Shown one piece after another: positions 25,945-38,700 of a stretch of 64,000 nt of DNA; the stretch's first letter is position 1; the number at the start of each line of letters is the position of its first letter. This stretch comes from Macrostomum lignano. Taxonomy: Eukaryota. The notes below the pieces were generated by a model, which had not been told where the DNA came from, did not search any database, and worked only from the letters and a program-made list of their open reading frames with translations. The position numbers were made by a program, and so were the translations under genes. The stretch spans positions 62,001 to 126,000 of the forward strand of contig NIVC01001052.1 in the NCBI GenBank assembly GCA_002269645.1, written 5' to 3'.

Positions 25945-28900
25945 TTAAAAAGCGTCATTCATGTTGGTGAACTGGCGAACAGCCAAATCGCACGGCAGCT
26001 GAAATGGTATCTTGGCTAGCCGGTTCAGGGCGTGGAACGCGTCGCTCCAACCTGCGGATTTTGTTAATAAATGTGCGGATATTGTAATTGGATTAAAAAA
26101 CTATGGCTGTCACAAAACATGGCCACAAGCCTAATTTGTGACTACTTACGCTTATTACTTAAAACTAGGGCGTAGCAGTGCTTCATCAAAGCACCTGGGG
26201 ATAGAGGCACTTCATCAAAGCACCTGGGGATACAGGAGCTTCATCAAAGCACCTGGGGATAGAGGCACTTCATCAAAGCACCTGGGGATAGAGGCACTTC
26301 ATCAAAGCACCTGGGGATACAGGAGCTTCATCAAAGCACCTGGGAATAGAGGCACTTCATCAAAGCACCTGGGGATAGAGGCACTTCATCAAAGCACCTG
26401 GGGATACAGGAGCTTCATCAAAGCACCTGGGGATACAGGAGCTTCATCAAAGCACCTGGGGATACAGGAGCTTCATCAAAGCACCTGGGGATACAGGAGC
26501 TTCATCAAAGCACCTGGGGATACAGGAGCTTCATCAAAGCACCTGGGGATAGAGGCACTTCATCAAAGCACCTGTGGATACAGGAGCTTCATCAAAGCAC
26601 CTGGGGATAGAGGCACTTCATCAAAGCACCTGGGGATACAGGAGCTTCATCAAAGCACCTGGGGATACAGGAGCTTCATCAAAGCACCTGGGGATAGAGG
26701 CACTTCATCAAAGCACCTGTGGATACAGGAGCTTCATCAAAGCACCTGGGGATACAGGAGCTTCATCAAAGCACCTGGGGATAGAGGCACTTCATCAAAG
26801 CACCTGGGGATACAGGAGCTTCATCAAAGCACCTGGGGATAGAGGCACTTCATCAAAGCACCTGGGGATACAGGAGCTTCATCAAAGCACCTGTGGATAC
26901 AGGAGCTTCATCAAAGCACCTGGGGATACAGGAGCTTCATCAAAGCACCTGGGGATACAGGAGCTTCATCAAAGCACCTGTGGATACAGGAGCTTCATCA
27001 AAGCACCTGGGGATACAGGAGATTCATCAAAACACCTGGGGATAGAGGTGATTCATCACAGCACCTGGGGATAGAAGAGGTGATTCATCACAGCAGCTGG
27101 GGATATCACAGCACCTGGGATAGAGGTGATTCATCACAGCACCTGGGGATAGAAGAGGTGATTAATCACAGCACCTGGGAATAGAAGAGGTGATTCATCA
27201 CAGCACCTGGGAATAGAGGTGATTCATCACAGCAGCTGGGGATAGAGTTGATTCATCAAAGCAGCTGGGGATAGAGGTGATTCAACACAGCACCTGGGAT
27301 AGAGGTGATTCATCACAGCACCTGGGGATAGAAGAGGTGATTCATCACAGCACCTGGGGATAGAGGTGATTCATCACAGCAGCTGGGGATAGAGGTGATT
27401 CATCACAGCAGCTGGGGATAGAGTTGATTCATCAAAGCAGCTGGGGATAGCGGCGCTGCATCAAAAAGCACCTGGGATGGACTCTTATACGAATTCTGTT
27501 CTGCATCACATTTACAACATTTACAGTGAATCACTCACCAGTCTTAGCCGTATAAGACCAAGCAGTCCACCAGTTATCTAAGAAGAACGTATTGAGCACA
27601 ATTAGCCTCAACCAGGGCACCAATTTGCCTCGATTCAAAGCCAAACTAACCAAGGCTTTGAACCTGGGATCCCCGCCTCGGCCCCACTCTTCGTGCAGGC
27701 TGTTCACGTGATGAATAGCTGACAGCAGTTCCTCCTTAACTGTCACAGCCCGACTGCCAACCATGCTGAGAGAGAACGACTCGGATAGTTTCCTAGCCGG
27801 CGAGTCTGTGTACTCCTGACCGCCCTTCATTCGGAACCATTCGGCGAATAGAGACCAGACTTGGTCGGCGATATCTGAGCCGCCGGCGGAGGCTGCAGCG
27901 GATGAAGAAGCGGCGGCGACTCCAGAGCCGGCAGCTGGCCGGGGCACCAGCGGGCGCCTGCGGACGGAGAAGCAGCCGAGCAGAGACACCAGGCCGGACT
28001 GGCCGGAACCGCCGACGCCGCCGCCGATGCCGCTGCCAGACGGCAAAGCCAGGCCGTGCAGCAGAAGGTCCCTCAGCGCGGGGCAGAGTTCTTTGCGCAC
28101 CGCTAGGAGCACCTCTTCACTTGTTATGTACCTGGCAAGGTGGCAAAATCAAGCTATCAAATTACCTGAACATCTTAGCGTCTATCAGTGCGTTCGTTCA
28201 GGGGCCAGAAAAATATTGAGCCCTTCAGGTGAGATTCTAGTGTCATATTGAGCCCTTCAGGTGAGATTCTAGTGTCATATTGAGCCCTTCAGGTGAGATT
28301 CTAGTGTCATATTGAGCCCTTCAGGTGAGATTCTAGTGTCATATTGAGCCCTTCAGGTGAGATTCTAGTGTCATATTGAGCCCTTCAGGTGAGATTCTAG
28401 TGTCATATTGAGCCCTTCAGGTGAGATTCTAGTGCCATATTGAGCCCTTCAGGTGAGATTCTAGTGCCATATTGAGCCCTTCAGGTGAGATTCTAGTGCC
28501 ATATTGAGCAATTCAGGTGAAATCTAGTGCCATATTCTAGGCATCTGCCGGAAAATCTCGATGGCATTAAGCATCGCAGGTGGCATTAAGCATAAGCATC
28601 GCATCTATACAAATTGAAATTCCCCAAAGCCAGTCAGACTCATCATAAAAACTTACAGGTCCTCGTGCTCGGCTGATCGCGACTCCTCAGCCACTTCAAC
28701 CACTTTAGTGACGGCCACTTCCAACCGGGCTCGCAGGTCGCCAAAATGCCTGGCAGCTGCACCGTCGCCGCTCTTCATCTGGTTGCTGCCGGACGGGCCA
28801 AAGTCATGGCCCTGCTGCAGCTGGCCGCCGCAGCCCAGCTGAGAGACCGCCACCATCTGCAGCAGGGCGATGGCCCGGCGCATCATCTGGACAGTGACAG

Positions 28901-31900
28901 CGTGGAGTCGCGCTCGGGACTGACGCCGCTCAGAGTCGGAAGGTCCCGGTGAGCCGTCCGGACTGCCACCATTGGCCGAGTGGTCTTTTTGCTGGCCAAG
29001 ATTCGCTTTCTTTAGCTGCGGCGGTTAAAATCGATTTAAAAGTACAAAGCATGAAAACGATGTCATATCGGATGTCACGTAATGCGTTAACATTAACTTT
29101 TTAAGATTTTTAGCACTAAATTTTCTTCCATACTTTAGTCTCAAAAGTTTATCAAGTTATGAAACTTCAGCTGTTCCTATCGCTTTGGTGCATTTTTTGT
29201 CAAGACGGATTTTTATCCACCGATTTTGTCTATGGTGAAACCCCCATATAACTATGTAAAAGTATCAAACGTTTGGAAAACAGAACTGTATCATGAGCGT
29301 TGCCGCCTTCCAAGTAGAGTTTGTCTTTCTATTTGATCTAGTGATCTAGACAACATGATCTAATGATCTAGACAACATGATCTAGTGATCTAGACATGAT
29401 CTAATGATCTAGACAACATGATCTAGTGATCTAGACATGATCTAATGATCTAGACAACATGATCTAGTGATCTAGACATGATCTAATGATCTAGACAACA
29501 TGATCTAGGGGGTGGTAGCCTAGTTGTCTAGCGCAGCGCTCTGATGTGCCAGCGACCCAGGCTCGATTCCAAGTGCAGTCAAATTAATTTGGGGCTAAAT
29601 TGGAATCTCGGCTTGGCTCTGCTCGTGCAATTAACGCTCAGCTTGAGGGCCAACCCCCAAGGCACAGTGAAGTGTACATGCTTAGCGATAAATAAAATTA
29701 GGGCTGCTGTATCTCCTGTGTGAGTGCGTGCCTGTGCGTATGACTGCGTACGTATCCGCGCACACTTGTGTGCCTGCTCAGGGGAGTCGGCGGAATGGGC
29801 AGCAATGCCTCTCGCCCGTTGGCAGTAATTTCGCTTAAAATGCGCCAGGGTGCACAGAGCCCCCTGACTCTAACAAAAAGGATATAGACACCCATTTTGT
29901 GGATTTTTTAACCTTGTGGATAGACTAAATGCCTCAAAAAAGCCTGGCTGCCCTCAAAACAGCATTTTTATGACTAATTATTTAACTAAGCATATTAGAA
30001 AGTCTGTTTAAGCTGCTATGGTTGTAAGCAAAAAGTACAATAGGAAGGGCAAAAGTTTGGAATATATATTATGAAGTACTTTGCATCGAGAGAAATTAAC
30101 CTTGGCGAACAAAGAAAGTGAACTGACTCTGACTGGCTCAGAGTAATTTTTTTACTTTTTCCTTTCTAGCTTTACAAAAAAATCAACCGGACATGCAGCC
30201 GCTGCTGCTACTCTCTAACAGACAACTCGCCTAAATTGTGAAGTGGACATTCAATCGGGAATCCAGCACTGGCTAAGAACGAGAAGAGTGAGTGGGCGGA
30301 TTTTTTGGGGGATTGGGGGGGTGGAGTGAAGACTAAAATGGGGAAATCTGCCTTCCCTGAAAAAGCACACGCAATGCACACACACAAGAATCACTGTAGC
30401 AGTTGCTGTGCTAAATTATTTTCGATTGAAGCATTTTCTCAGAAAATTTGTTCCCCTGTGCCTCTGGAAATTCTTATAAAGTTCATATATACGGTTTCTA
30501 ATGCACGTATGGAAGCAAGCAAGAAAAGTACATAAATAACAGTATTAATAGCGAATTTAAATTAACTGTTATTAAAACATGGTTAAAAATGCAACTATAA
30601 CAATTAATAAACACAAGTTAATTAATTAAATAATTAATTATGGTGTAATTCAGTTTACTTCAGTATCTGTCTGTGGAATATCCATTGACGAGCGGTCGCA
30701 CCAGAAGAACTGGGTGACATTATTTTGTCAAATTAATTTTGTATTAGAACTACTGCAATTCAGATTAATTAGCTAACTCTAAAAAACAAATTCTACTAGC
30801 AGCTCATTTGACAACAATTCAGGCGAGGAATTTAAAATAAAGTGCAATAAACAATAATACAGACAATGTAATCAATTTAAATCTGGTTTTTAGATTCAAT
30901 ACACGTTGGATTATAAAGTTTTTTTAAATATTACTATTAATAAGACAACATCGTTAACAGCATATTCAGGTGTTACCTTGGCTGGCCTGTGCTCGGGGCA
31001 CAGGCACACAGAGTTCGGATTCTGTGCTCGAGTGCACGGAAATACCGTATTTTCGCCTGGCAACAAAGCAATACACAGAATTATTTCGGGTTATTCGAGA
31101 GTCGATACCTCAAATAAGAAGTTATAAATTATTAATAAATTACTTAGAACTCTTGTGCACCACTAACTTCGATAAAAATCAATCGAGAACAAAAGTACAA
31201 TTACCCGAAGAAGCACACCAGTATAGAAAATTCTTGAAAACCATCATCAACTCCGTTTTCAAATGCATAGTTATACTTTACCTTATCGTGACACTTGCAG
31301 GAGCAGGATTCGCCAATATCGTACACACACGTGATTTCCTCTAACAAGTTTTAAGAAGTCAATTAGCTTTGTTTAAATCGAACGAAAAGTCGCACCGATT
31401 TAAATTCTTACCATTCTAAGAATATGATAATATGTATATAATCACTACCCATCACTTCTTGACTTGTACTGATCGTCTAATGGGGTATTGTTCGTATCCC
31501 AATGATCAGGAGGAATTACTCAGATGCCAAGGCTCATGGGGTATTGCAAAGACATACGAATACGAGTAATGGTGATGCAGACATAATCAAATTTAATCGA
31601 ATGACACTTTTTGTCTTGGAAACAACAATTACTGGCAAGAAAAAATCATTTTAAGTTTTGTTAGAAAAACTAAGAAACGCAAGCATTGTTTTTCAAGACA
31701 CAAAGGGTCGCATGCGTGTACCCTTAATGGCACCAATTTTACAGCTTGTGTGAACTGAAGCAATTCAGAGTTAAGTGTCTTGCTCAAAGACCCAATTGTT
31801 CCAGTGGAATCGGGAATCGAACCCCCGACCTTCAAGTCGTGAGTCCGACGCTCTAACCACTAGGCTACAACCCCTCCACTAGGTTACAACCCCTCCACTA

Positions 31901-33074
31901 CACTAGACTACAACCCCTACACTAGGCTACAACCCCTCCACTACACTAGACTAAAACCCCTACACTAGGCTACAACCCCTCCACTACACTAGACTACAAC
32001 CCCTACACTAGGCTACAACCCTTCCACTACACTAGACTACAACCCCTACACTAGGCTACAACCCCTCCATTACACTAGACTACAACCCCTCCACTACACT
32101 AGGATACAACCCCCCACTAGGCTACAACCCCCTCCACTAGGCTACAACCACTTGTGAGTTATACATAAGCAATAACTGCAATTACTGAAACACAAAATCA
32201 ATAAACAAGCCAATATATAAAACAAATAGAAAGCTCACTCACCTTGCAAAAAATCAATAAACCTCTCCAGATCAGTGATTTGAGTCTTCAATTGCTCAAC
32301 TAGCTGCTCTTTGACCTTAGCCGGGTGTACAATCTGCGTTACTGCGCTATCCAACGCTTGCTTCACCTCATCCGCTGACAACTGCTTGTCAGTCGGCACT
32401 TCAACGTGCAGCTGGGAGCGCAGCGTCTCCATGACAACCCGATGCTGCTCGAGCTGCTGCAAAGTCGGCGGTCCATCGTATTGGCCCGTGTCGCAGGCGA
32501 ATTTCTCCAGCTCATCCAGCTGAGAGCGCAGCTGACTGATGAGCTGCTGGCTGGGATCGCGCTGCGCCCCACTAGGCAGCGAGCGAAGGTCCGGTACACC
32601 GCGTGAGCTGAACTCCTCCAACTGACGGAGCATCGCTTCGCGCTCCTCAGGCGGCGCGTCCAGCACCTGGGTGAGACGGAACTGCACCTGGGCAAAGTGA
32701 GAAGTCAGCGACATCAACGAGTTGGTGAGCTGCTCCTGCTCTTCGCGCAGGTTGCGCAGCTGGTCGCCGCTGTCCGAGGAGCAGGCGGCGGCGGTCACAA
32801 CAGCGTCGGGGTTCGATGCGCCCAGCGGGGCCCAGCGCTCCAGCGGAGGCTCATCATCATCATCATCATCCTCATCATCATCGCCATCGTCTACGTCAGC
32901 AGCCGGCTGGTGAAAATACTTAACGCCGTTATTTCCAATCTTGTACTCATCTTCATTGCCTGGCTTTGCTGGCGAACCCTTTTTAGCAGTGAAACTTGCT
33001 TCACCGCTGTCAAGGTCTGCAGCTGTTGCTGCGGCCGCTGCAGGCTGGACACCAGAATTTAAGAGTTCCGTCAT
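25945..33074 (-). CDS. RUNDC1: RUN domain-containing protein 1
   Basis: Exons 33074-32243, then either 31340-31282 or 31056-30977, then 29015-28657, 28131-27539, 26051-25945. Motifs LTSHFAQVQFRL, KEQLVEQLKTQITDLERFIDFLQ, MRRAIALLQ..AVSQLGC, AVRKELCPALRDLLLHGL, DSPARKLSESF, WSYTAKTG, DLAVRQFTNMNDAF-stop. Confidence 0.92.
26165..27475. repeat. 29-bp minisatellite (AGCTTCATCAAAGCACCTGGGGATACAGG), about 45 copies, grading into a variant subarray; last RUNDC1 intron
   Basis: Direct periodicity with no unique spacers. Confidence 0.97.
28213..28535. repeat. 32-bp minisatellite (ATTGAGCCCTTCAGGTGAGATTCTAGTGTCAT), about 10 copies, RUNDC1 intron
   Basis: Direct periodicity. Confidence 0.96.
29330..29508. 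repeat. Tandem repeat of GATCTAGAC(AAC)AT units, about 41-bp period
   Basis: Direct periodicity. Confidence 0.9.
29510..29700 (+). mobile_element. Putative tRNA-derived SINE (second family)
   Basis: A-box-like TAGCCTAGTTG and B-box-like GGCTCGATTCC at tRNA-like spacing, with an A-rich end. Degenerate. Confidence 0.45.
31690..31869 (-). mobile_element. tRNA-derived SINE with CORE/Meta-like central domain
   Basis: Minus strand reads TGTAGCCTAGTGGTTAGAGCG (A box)...GGTTCGATTCC (B box), then CTTTGAGCAAGACACTTAAC...GCTGTAAAATTGG, resembling the conserved SINE core. Near-identical head at 57790-57868. Confidence 0.85.
31860..32150. repeat. Tandem array built from the SINE 5' end (CCACTAGGCTACAACCCCT / ACACTAGACTACAACCCCT)
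   Basis: The unit contains the reverse complement of the SINE A box. Confidence 0.9.
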
Positions 33075-34375
33075 GCTTTGCTAATTTAAAGACCACTTTG
33101 TTTATCTTTTGCTTCTGCCTGACTTCTGACAGGTGGTCAGAGATAGATACAGATCATAATAGTGCATTAAACAGGTAGGGTATTGCATACTGTGACTAAA
33201 CAGCGATTGTAGATAAATTTTTTTAAAGCTTAATAAATTTTACATACTATACTTATTTATAATTCAGAAGTTCAGAATATACTTATATATTAAGCTTAAG
33301 GTAATGCCTGTCTCTTAGATACAATGGAACTTGGAAGCTTGTTCTCATTTTATTCAAAAAAGTAAGAAAGCCAGATTATTTACTCAATATCATTAATAGG
33401 CAGGCCAAACATAAATTCAGTCAATTTTTATTATTTGCTATTAATATACATTTTTCTAATATTGTCTTCTCAACTACTATAGCTATAGATATGTCTATAG
33501 GAAATTATGGATATGGAGGTTTTTAGATAGAGCATATAGATATAGATATGGTCCCAGGAGCACATATTTCCCATATCTAGGCCACATGATAACTTAGAAG
33601 ACTTGAAACTTTGAAATACTATTAGAGAAATTAATTTGATTGGTGGGGTAGAGTAGTAGAAAATGTTTAGAACTAAATGAATATTGCCAGTTTCAAAGCT
33701 TTTGTGAGGTCACTTTCTGAGTCTCTGGTTGTTGAGATCTCAAGCAAGAAAAAGGAGGAGAAAGAGAAGAGGGGAGAGGGGAAAAAGGAGAGGAGAGGAG
33801 AGGAAAGAGGGGAGAAGGAAAAGAAGAAAGAAAGGACAAGAGAAGAGGAAAAAGGGGAGAGAAAAGACAGAGAAAAGATCGAAAAGAGAAAACAGATAAT
33901 AAATCATAAATCTATATATCATAATCTAATAGTTATATATCATAAACCTACTATGCATGCATTAAAAAGGTTATGTTTAGTATATGCACTTATATACTTA
34001 TATGTATTGATATTAAGTGGCATAAACTAGGCCTATTATTAAAAAGAAAAGATTGCCAACTGGGTATTACTAGTTGCTTTATAAAGCAACAAGCACAAGT
34101 ATAGTCAATAATAAGATACTCTAAAAACCATTCCATTATATAATATATACCAAAAATATAAATGCATAAGGCAAAATTTTAAATTTATAAGTGTACAAGT
34201 CTTAAATCATAATTATTTTATATTTAAGCTTATATAAAAAGAAATTTGATAAATTTTTATCATTTCTCTTATATATGACTATAATAAAGTTTTTTTTTAA
34301 ATAAAAAAGGTTTTTATAAAAAAATTGGCAAGATTAAAAATTCTTAATAATATACATTTTGTTTCAATTTATATA

Positions 34376-35738
34376 CTTTGGGTATGTCATAAGTAATGTC
34401 ACTGTGGTTGTTGTGCAGAAACCCAAAGCCATAAGTATCCAAATATATTATATTCTGAAAGTAAATTTATTGAGAAGTTGCACCACACCAGAGCAGCAAT
34501 TTTGATGTCTATGGCCAAAACTGTTGCAAGAATTTGTTAATCAGATTTAGCTAGCACAATGCAATGAAAACTTCTTTTTGCAGCAAGCAAACCTCAACAT
34601 GAATCACAACAAGATGCATATCCAGTTCTACACTTTTGCTTGCTTTAAGCTTGGAAAATCTGCAGCAGAAATAGAGAAGGATCTCTGGACCACAATGCCA
34701 GACAACTACCCAACTTGCAGGACAATTTACAGGTGGTTTTAGAACTTTACTGATCCTGGGTTTGAATTGGGAGATGCTGCCAGATCTGGCCAACCATGTT
34801 CAACCAGGACAATAGAGAACATCAAAGTCATTAGTGACCTGGTCAAGGAAGACCCGCAACAGTCTATTAGGGAGCTAGCAGACTGCTTGGAGATTGATTT
34901 CAAGATAGTCCATTGTATCTTGACAGAGGATCTCCATCTCCAAAACATCTGCTTGGTCTGGGTGCCCTATGACCTCACTGTGGACCAACATCAGGCCCAT
35001 GTGAACTGCACCAAGCAGATCTGCAAGGCGTTTAGCAGCCAGGACTTGGATGACATCCTAAACTGCCTAGTTGTTGAGGATAAGACCTGGCTCCATCTAG
35101 ATGGCAAAAGCAGCAAGGCAGACAATTGCTACTGGCTAGGAGCTGAGGACTCAAGGCTAACAGTGACCAGGAGGTCTATCTCAGACAAGAAGACAATGCT
35201 GCTGGTGGCATTCATGCCAAACAAACGAGTCTCCATCTGTAAAACTCTGCCCAACACAAAGGTTGATGGCCAGTACTTCATCGAATTTGTCTGACACACT
35301 GGGGACCTCTGGCACATGCTCTGGTCAAACCCAATTCATCTGAACGAAGTGCTGTGGCAGATGGACAATGCATAGCTGCACACCTATCAGGCTGTTTCAA
35401 ATTTCTAGCTGGATAGTGAGTGAATCTATGCTAGCAGAGTCCCTATAGCCCAGACTTCAACTTGTGCGACAGGTTCCTCTTCAAATGGCTGAAGGCTGAC
35501 TTTTCCCAAAGAAGTTTCGCAAACCATGAGGAGGTCAAAAAAGCCACATTGCACTGGTTCCAACAGCTGGAGGAAAAACACCTATAGGCTAAGGTGGAGA
35601 AGCTATATGAGCATTGCCAGAGGGCGATTGATATTGGGGGACACTATGTTGTTGATTGATACAGTTTTGTTTATCTGCAATTGTTATTGTTAGTTGGTCT
35701 GTTTTCCCTTAGTGACATTACTTATGACATACCCAAAG
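34376..35738 (+). mobile_element. Full-length mariner (DD34D-type) element with inactivated transposase
   Basis: Perfect 28-bp TIRs CTTTGGGTATGTCATAAGTAATGTCACT (34376-34403 / 35711-35738), TA on both sides, 1363 bp. Transposase remnants about 34599-35659: GKSAAEI HTH, WVPYDLT, VVEDKTW, QMDNA, SPYSPDFNLCD, with in-frame stops and a frameshift. Confidence 0.93.
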
Positions 35739-38700
35739 TAAATGGTAATGTATATAATGTGATTTAAAGATTTCCATTTGCTAAATTTAACATTTAATAT
35801 ATTTTTATGAATCATGCATGATGGAACTAATATTAATAATAGAAATGGTAAAATACACTATCACAAAACTAATGTTTTAGCAAATTCAAAAAAGTATACA
35901 AAAGCAACAAAGTTAAAAGCAAAAAAGAGATAAAATTAACAAACAGATAGAATAGAGACAAGGGTGGCTAGACAGTTTCATTGTATATAGCATAATATCA
36001 AAGCCCAGAGGCTAGAGGCAGTCTTCCCAATATACTGAATACCATATATGGTCATTTTTTGAGGAGCCGCTACATTGTCACACTTTGCTATTTCTGAATT
36101 AAAATTGCACAGCTGCTTTACGCATGTCTCTACTTTAAAAAGACACATTAGACACACACAAAGATGCTTCAAAAGCTGAGATATTCCCAAGCAATGGTTG
36201 TTACGACATTTTCTAAATATACTGAATGCTATTTGATGTTGCTATTTGAATCATATAACCATTTTTTCAGAAACTGTGATCTTTCTGTGTGAAAATTGCA
36301 CTGCTGCTTTATGTATGCCTTGCTGTAAAAAGACACATTAAAGACCAAAAAGACACTTCACAAGCTGAGGTATTCTTTAGCCACTAATACCTCTGTGGAA
36401 GGGGCCTATACACTCGTAATTTATAAAGCTTAGAGAGTTCCAAAATTTTGATTTTATTTTCCAAAATTGAATTTTTAGAGAGCAAATTTCAATTTTTTAA
36501 AAAAATAGAAGTCAAAATTTTGAAGTGTCTAAAAAAGTCACTAAAAATAAACTAATTTCTGCTACATATACATGTAGCTCGTATTTTGTTTTGCATAAGC
36601 AGTAAATTGAAAGTAAAAAAGTGAGTGTTGGTCATACTAAACTTTGTTTTTCTGAATTTTGATTTCGACAAAACAGAACATCTCTAATAATCCTAAAGAG
36701 TGGTAAAATAGTTTGACTCTTTCCTAAAATGCACATTCGCAGGTTTTCAACATTTATTCCAATAGGGGTAACAACTGTTGCTAGGGAATATCTCAGCTTG
36801 TGGAGCATCTTTGTGTGTGTCTGATGTGTCTTTCTAAAGCAGAGACATGCATAAAAAAGTCAAAAAAATTACAGTATCTTGCATATTAAATAGACAATTT
36901 TGTTAAACATTTACTGAACAATTTCTGAATGTCTATCTGAATGTCTGTCGGGAAACCAATACATAAAGGTCATTTATTGTTGCAATACCATCCTAAATTT
37001 AGGATTGTGGGTATATACTTGAAATTCTTTGGCATGAATTTATAACTATTCCATTTTTGTTCAGGCATATACCCAGCATGATCTGGACTATGGCATTACA
37101 AGTATAGGCCAAGTTAGATACAACTTTAAAAACTTGCAATAGGCCTATTCTTATCAATCTTGTCAATTAAAACATACCATTCAATCATTAATTATATGCA
37201 TATAATGAAAAAATTATCTTTCATATCTTCTCTGCCACTGCTATTTTTTATTTTAGGAAATTGGTTGTCAAAAAATTACACAATCTCAAGATACTGCATT
37301 CTAAAAAAACTGGGGAAAAGTTGTGATTTAAACAAAGTAGGCCTAGTCAAAATTGCTATTGCCACTTGGTAATAGAAAGTTATTGATAGTTTAGAAGTTT
37401 AGATAGTCAAATATATAGAGAGCATTCGCCACCCACAGGCTATGGTCTATGATGTTTCACACCTGCTTCCTTTCTCCTAAGCAGGCATGGCTGGAGATCT
37501 CCATGCTGCACTACTAGCCAACCCAGGGATACACACCCCGTGGGTGTTCAAGGTGGACCCTAGGGCCACTGGACAAATTGGGCAACAGCGCCAGTCATTC
37601 TTCTGGGGCTTTGGCCTTGGCCAAGCCACTTAGGGTATGGGTTTTCCTAGTGCGCTTACCTGTGCACTATCAGGTGCCTCTGGCTATGGCTTTGAGGTAG
37701 AGGTGTTACTCTTTGACCTTACAGGGTATGCACCCAGTCTGCAGGTTTGTATACCTATGCGCTATCAGGTGCCTCTGGCTACAGCTTTGTGGTAGAGGTG
37801 TTGACCATACAGGGTATGCGGCCAGTCCACAGGCTTTTGCACAGCCAAAATTGCACTCCAAGCCTTCGGTGTCTGCCGCACCCATGGGCTCTTAGCTAGG
37901 AAGTAGTCCAGTCGTGAGCTTCTCTCTTTTCTTCATTAACCTTCATTGACCCCAGCTGCTTGGGATGTTGCCAAAGGCAGCTCCAACTCTGTCCTGCCCA
38001 GCCCAACTAGTGGGGACAAGACCAATACCACTGCTGGTGTCGCCGATAGTAAGTCAAATGCAAGGCGCAAGCAAAACTGCCATTGTGGCCATTCTGCTGA
38101 AGCAACCACAATGCAGGTAAAATTGAGCAGCAGCGACAAAAAGCTGCTGTAGACATGGTGGCATAGTTGGCTAATGGTGCTGAGTTGGAGGAGCCCTATG
38201 GTGAGGATGGGGCAGCGGTGGAGCCAAAAGACTGCCGCTGGCTCTGCCTCTTTCAAGGACATCTTAGCCCCCTAGCATGCTACCAATTAAGCTATACTAG
38301 CCAAGCCCTCGGGAACCGCCACATCTACCACCACCAAGACCAATACCAAGGAGAGCTATGCCTCCAAGGCTCAATGGGTTGCACTCCCACCAGCCACCAT
38401 CATTCTCAGTGAGGAGTGAAACCTTATGGCCACCAAGCTTGACATCGCCTGGCATACCATTGATGCTGAGCTCATTGACCTCACCATGGAGGGCATCTCA
38501 GTGGAGGTGGTCAAAGCAGCCAAGACTGGCAGCTACATTTTGCTCTGGTGCTCATTGGAAGAAAGCAGCCACTGGCTCCGCAAGCTACTTCCCTGCCACA
38601 AGTGGAAGAAGGAGCTCCCTAAACTATTTTTTGCCTTTGAAGGAGAAAGCAAAAGGACCCAACGCTTTTCTGTATTTGGATCCTAGCCATGAGCGCCATC

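Noticed and set aside
26165-27475. 29-bp and 35-bp repeat arrays as CRISPR arrays
   Set aside because: Units are directly adjacent with no unique spacers, there are no cas genes, and the context is eukaryotic introns.
812-28251. Long repetitive ORFs (812..2176, 855..2165, 5735..6502, 8531..9255, 11607..12416, 15032..15820, 17919..18563, 19252..20110, 26138..27074) as proteins
   Set aside because: Each is the translation of a tandem repeat unit, mostly inside introns of recognisable genes, with no unique domain or start context.
30970-31344. Nested plus-strand membrane protein in the RUNDC1 intron
   Set aside because: No start codon or recognisable domain; it is the antisense shadow of the candidate RUNDC1 exons.
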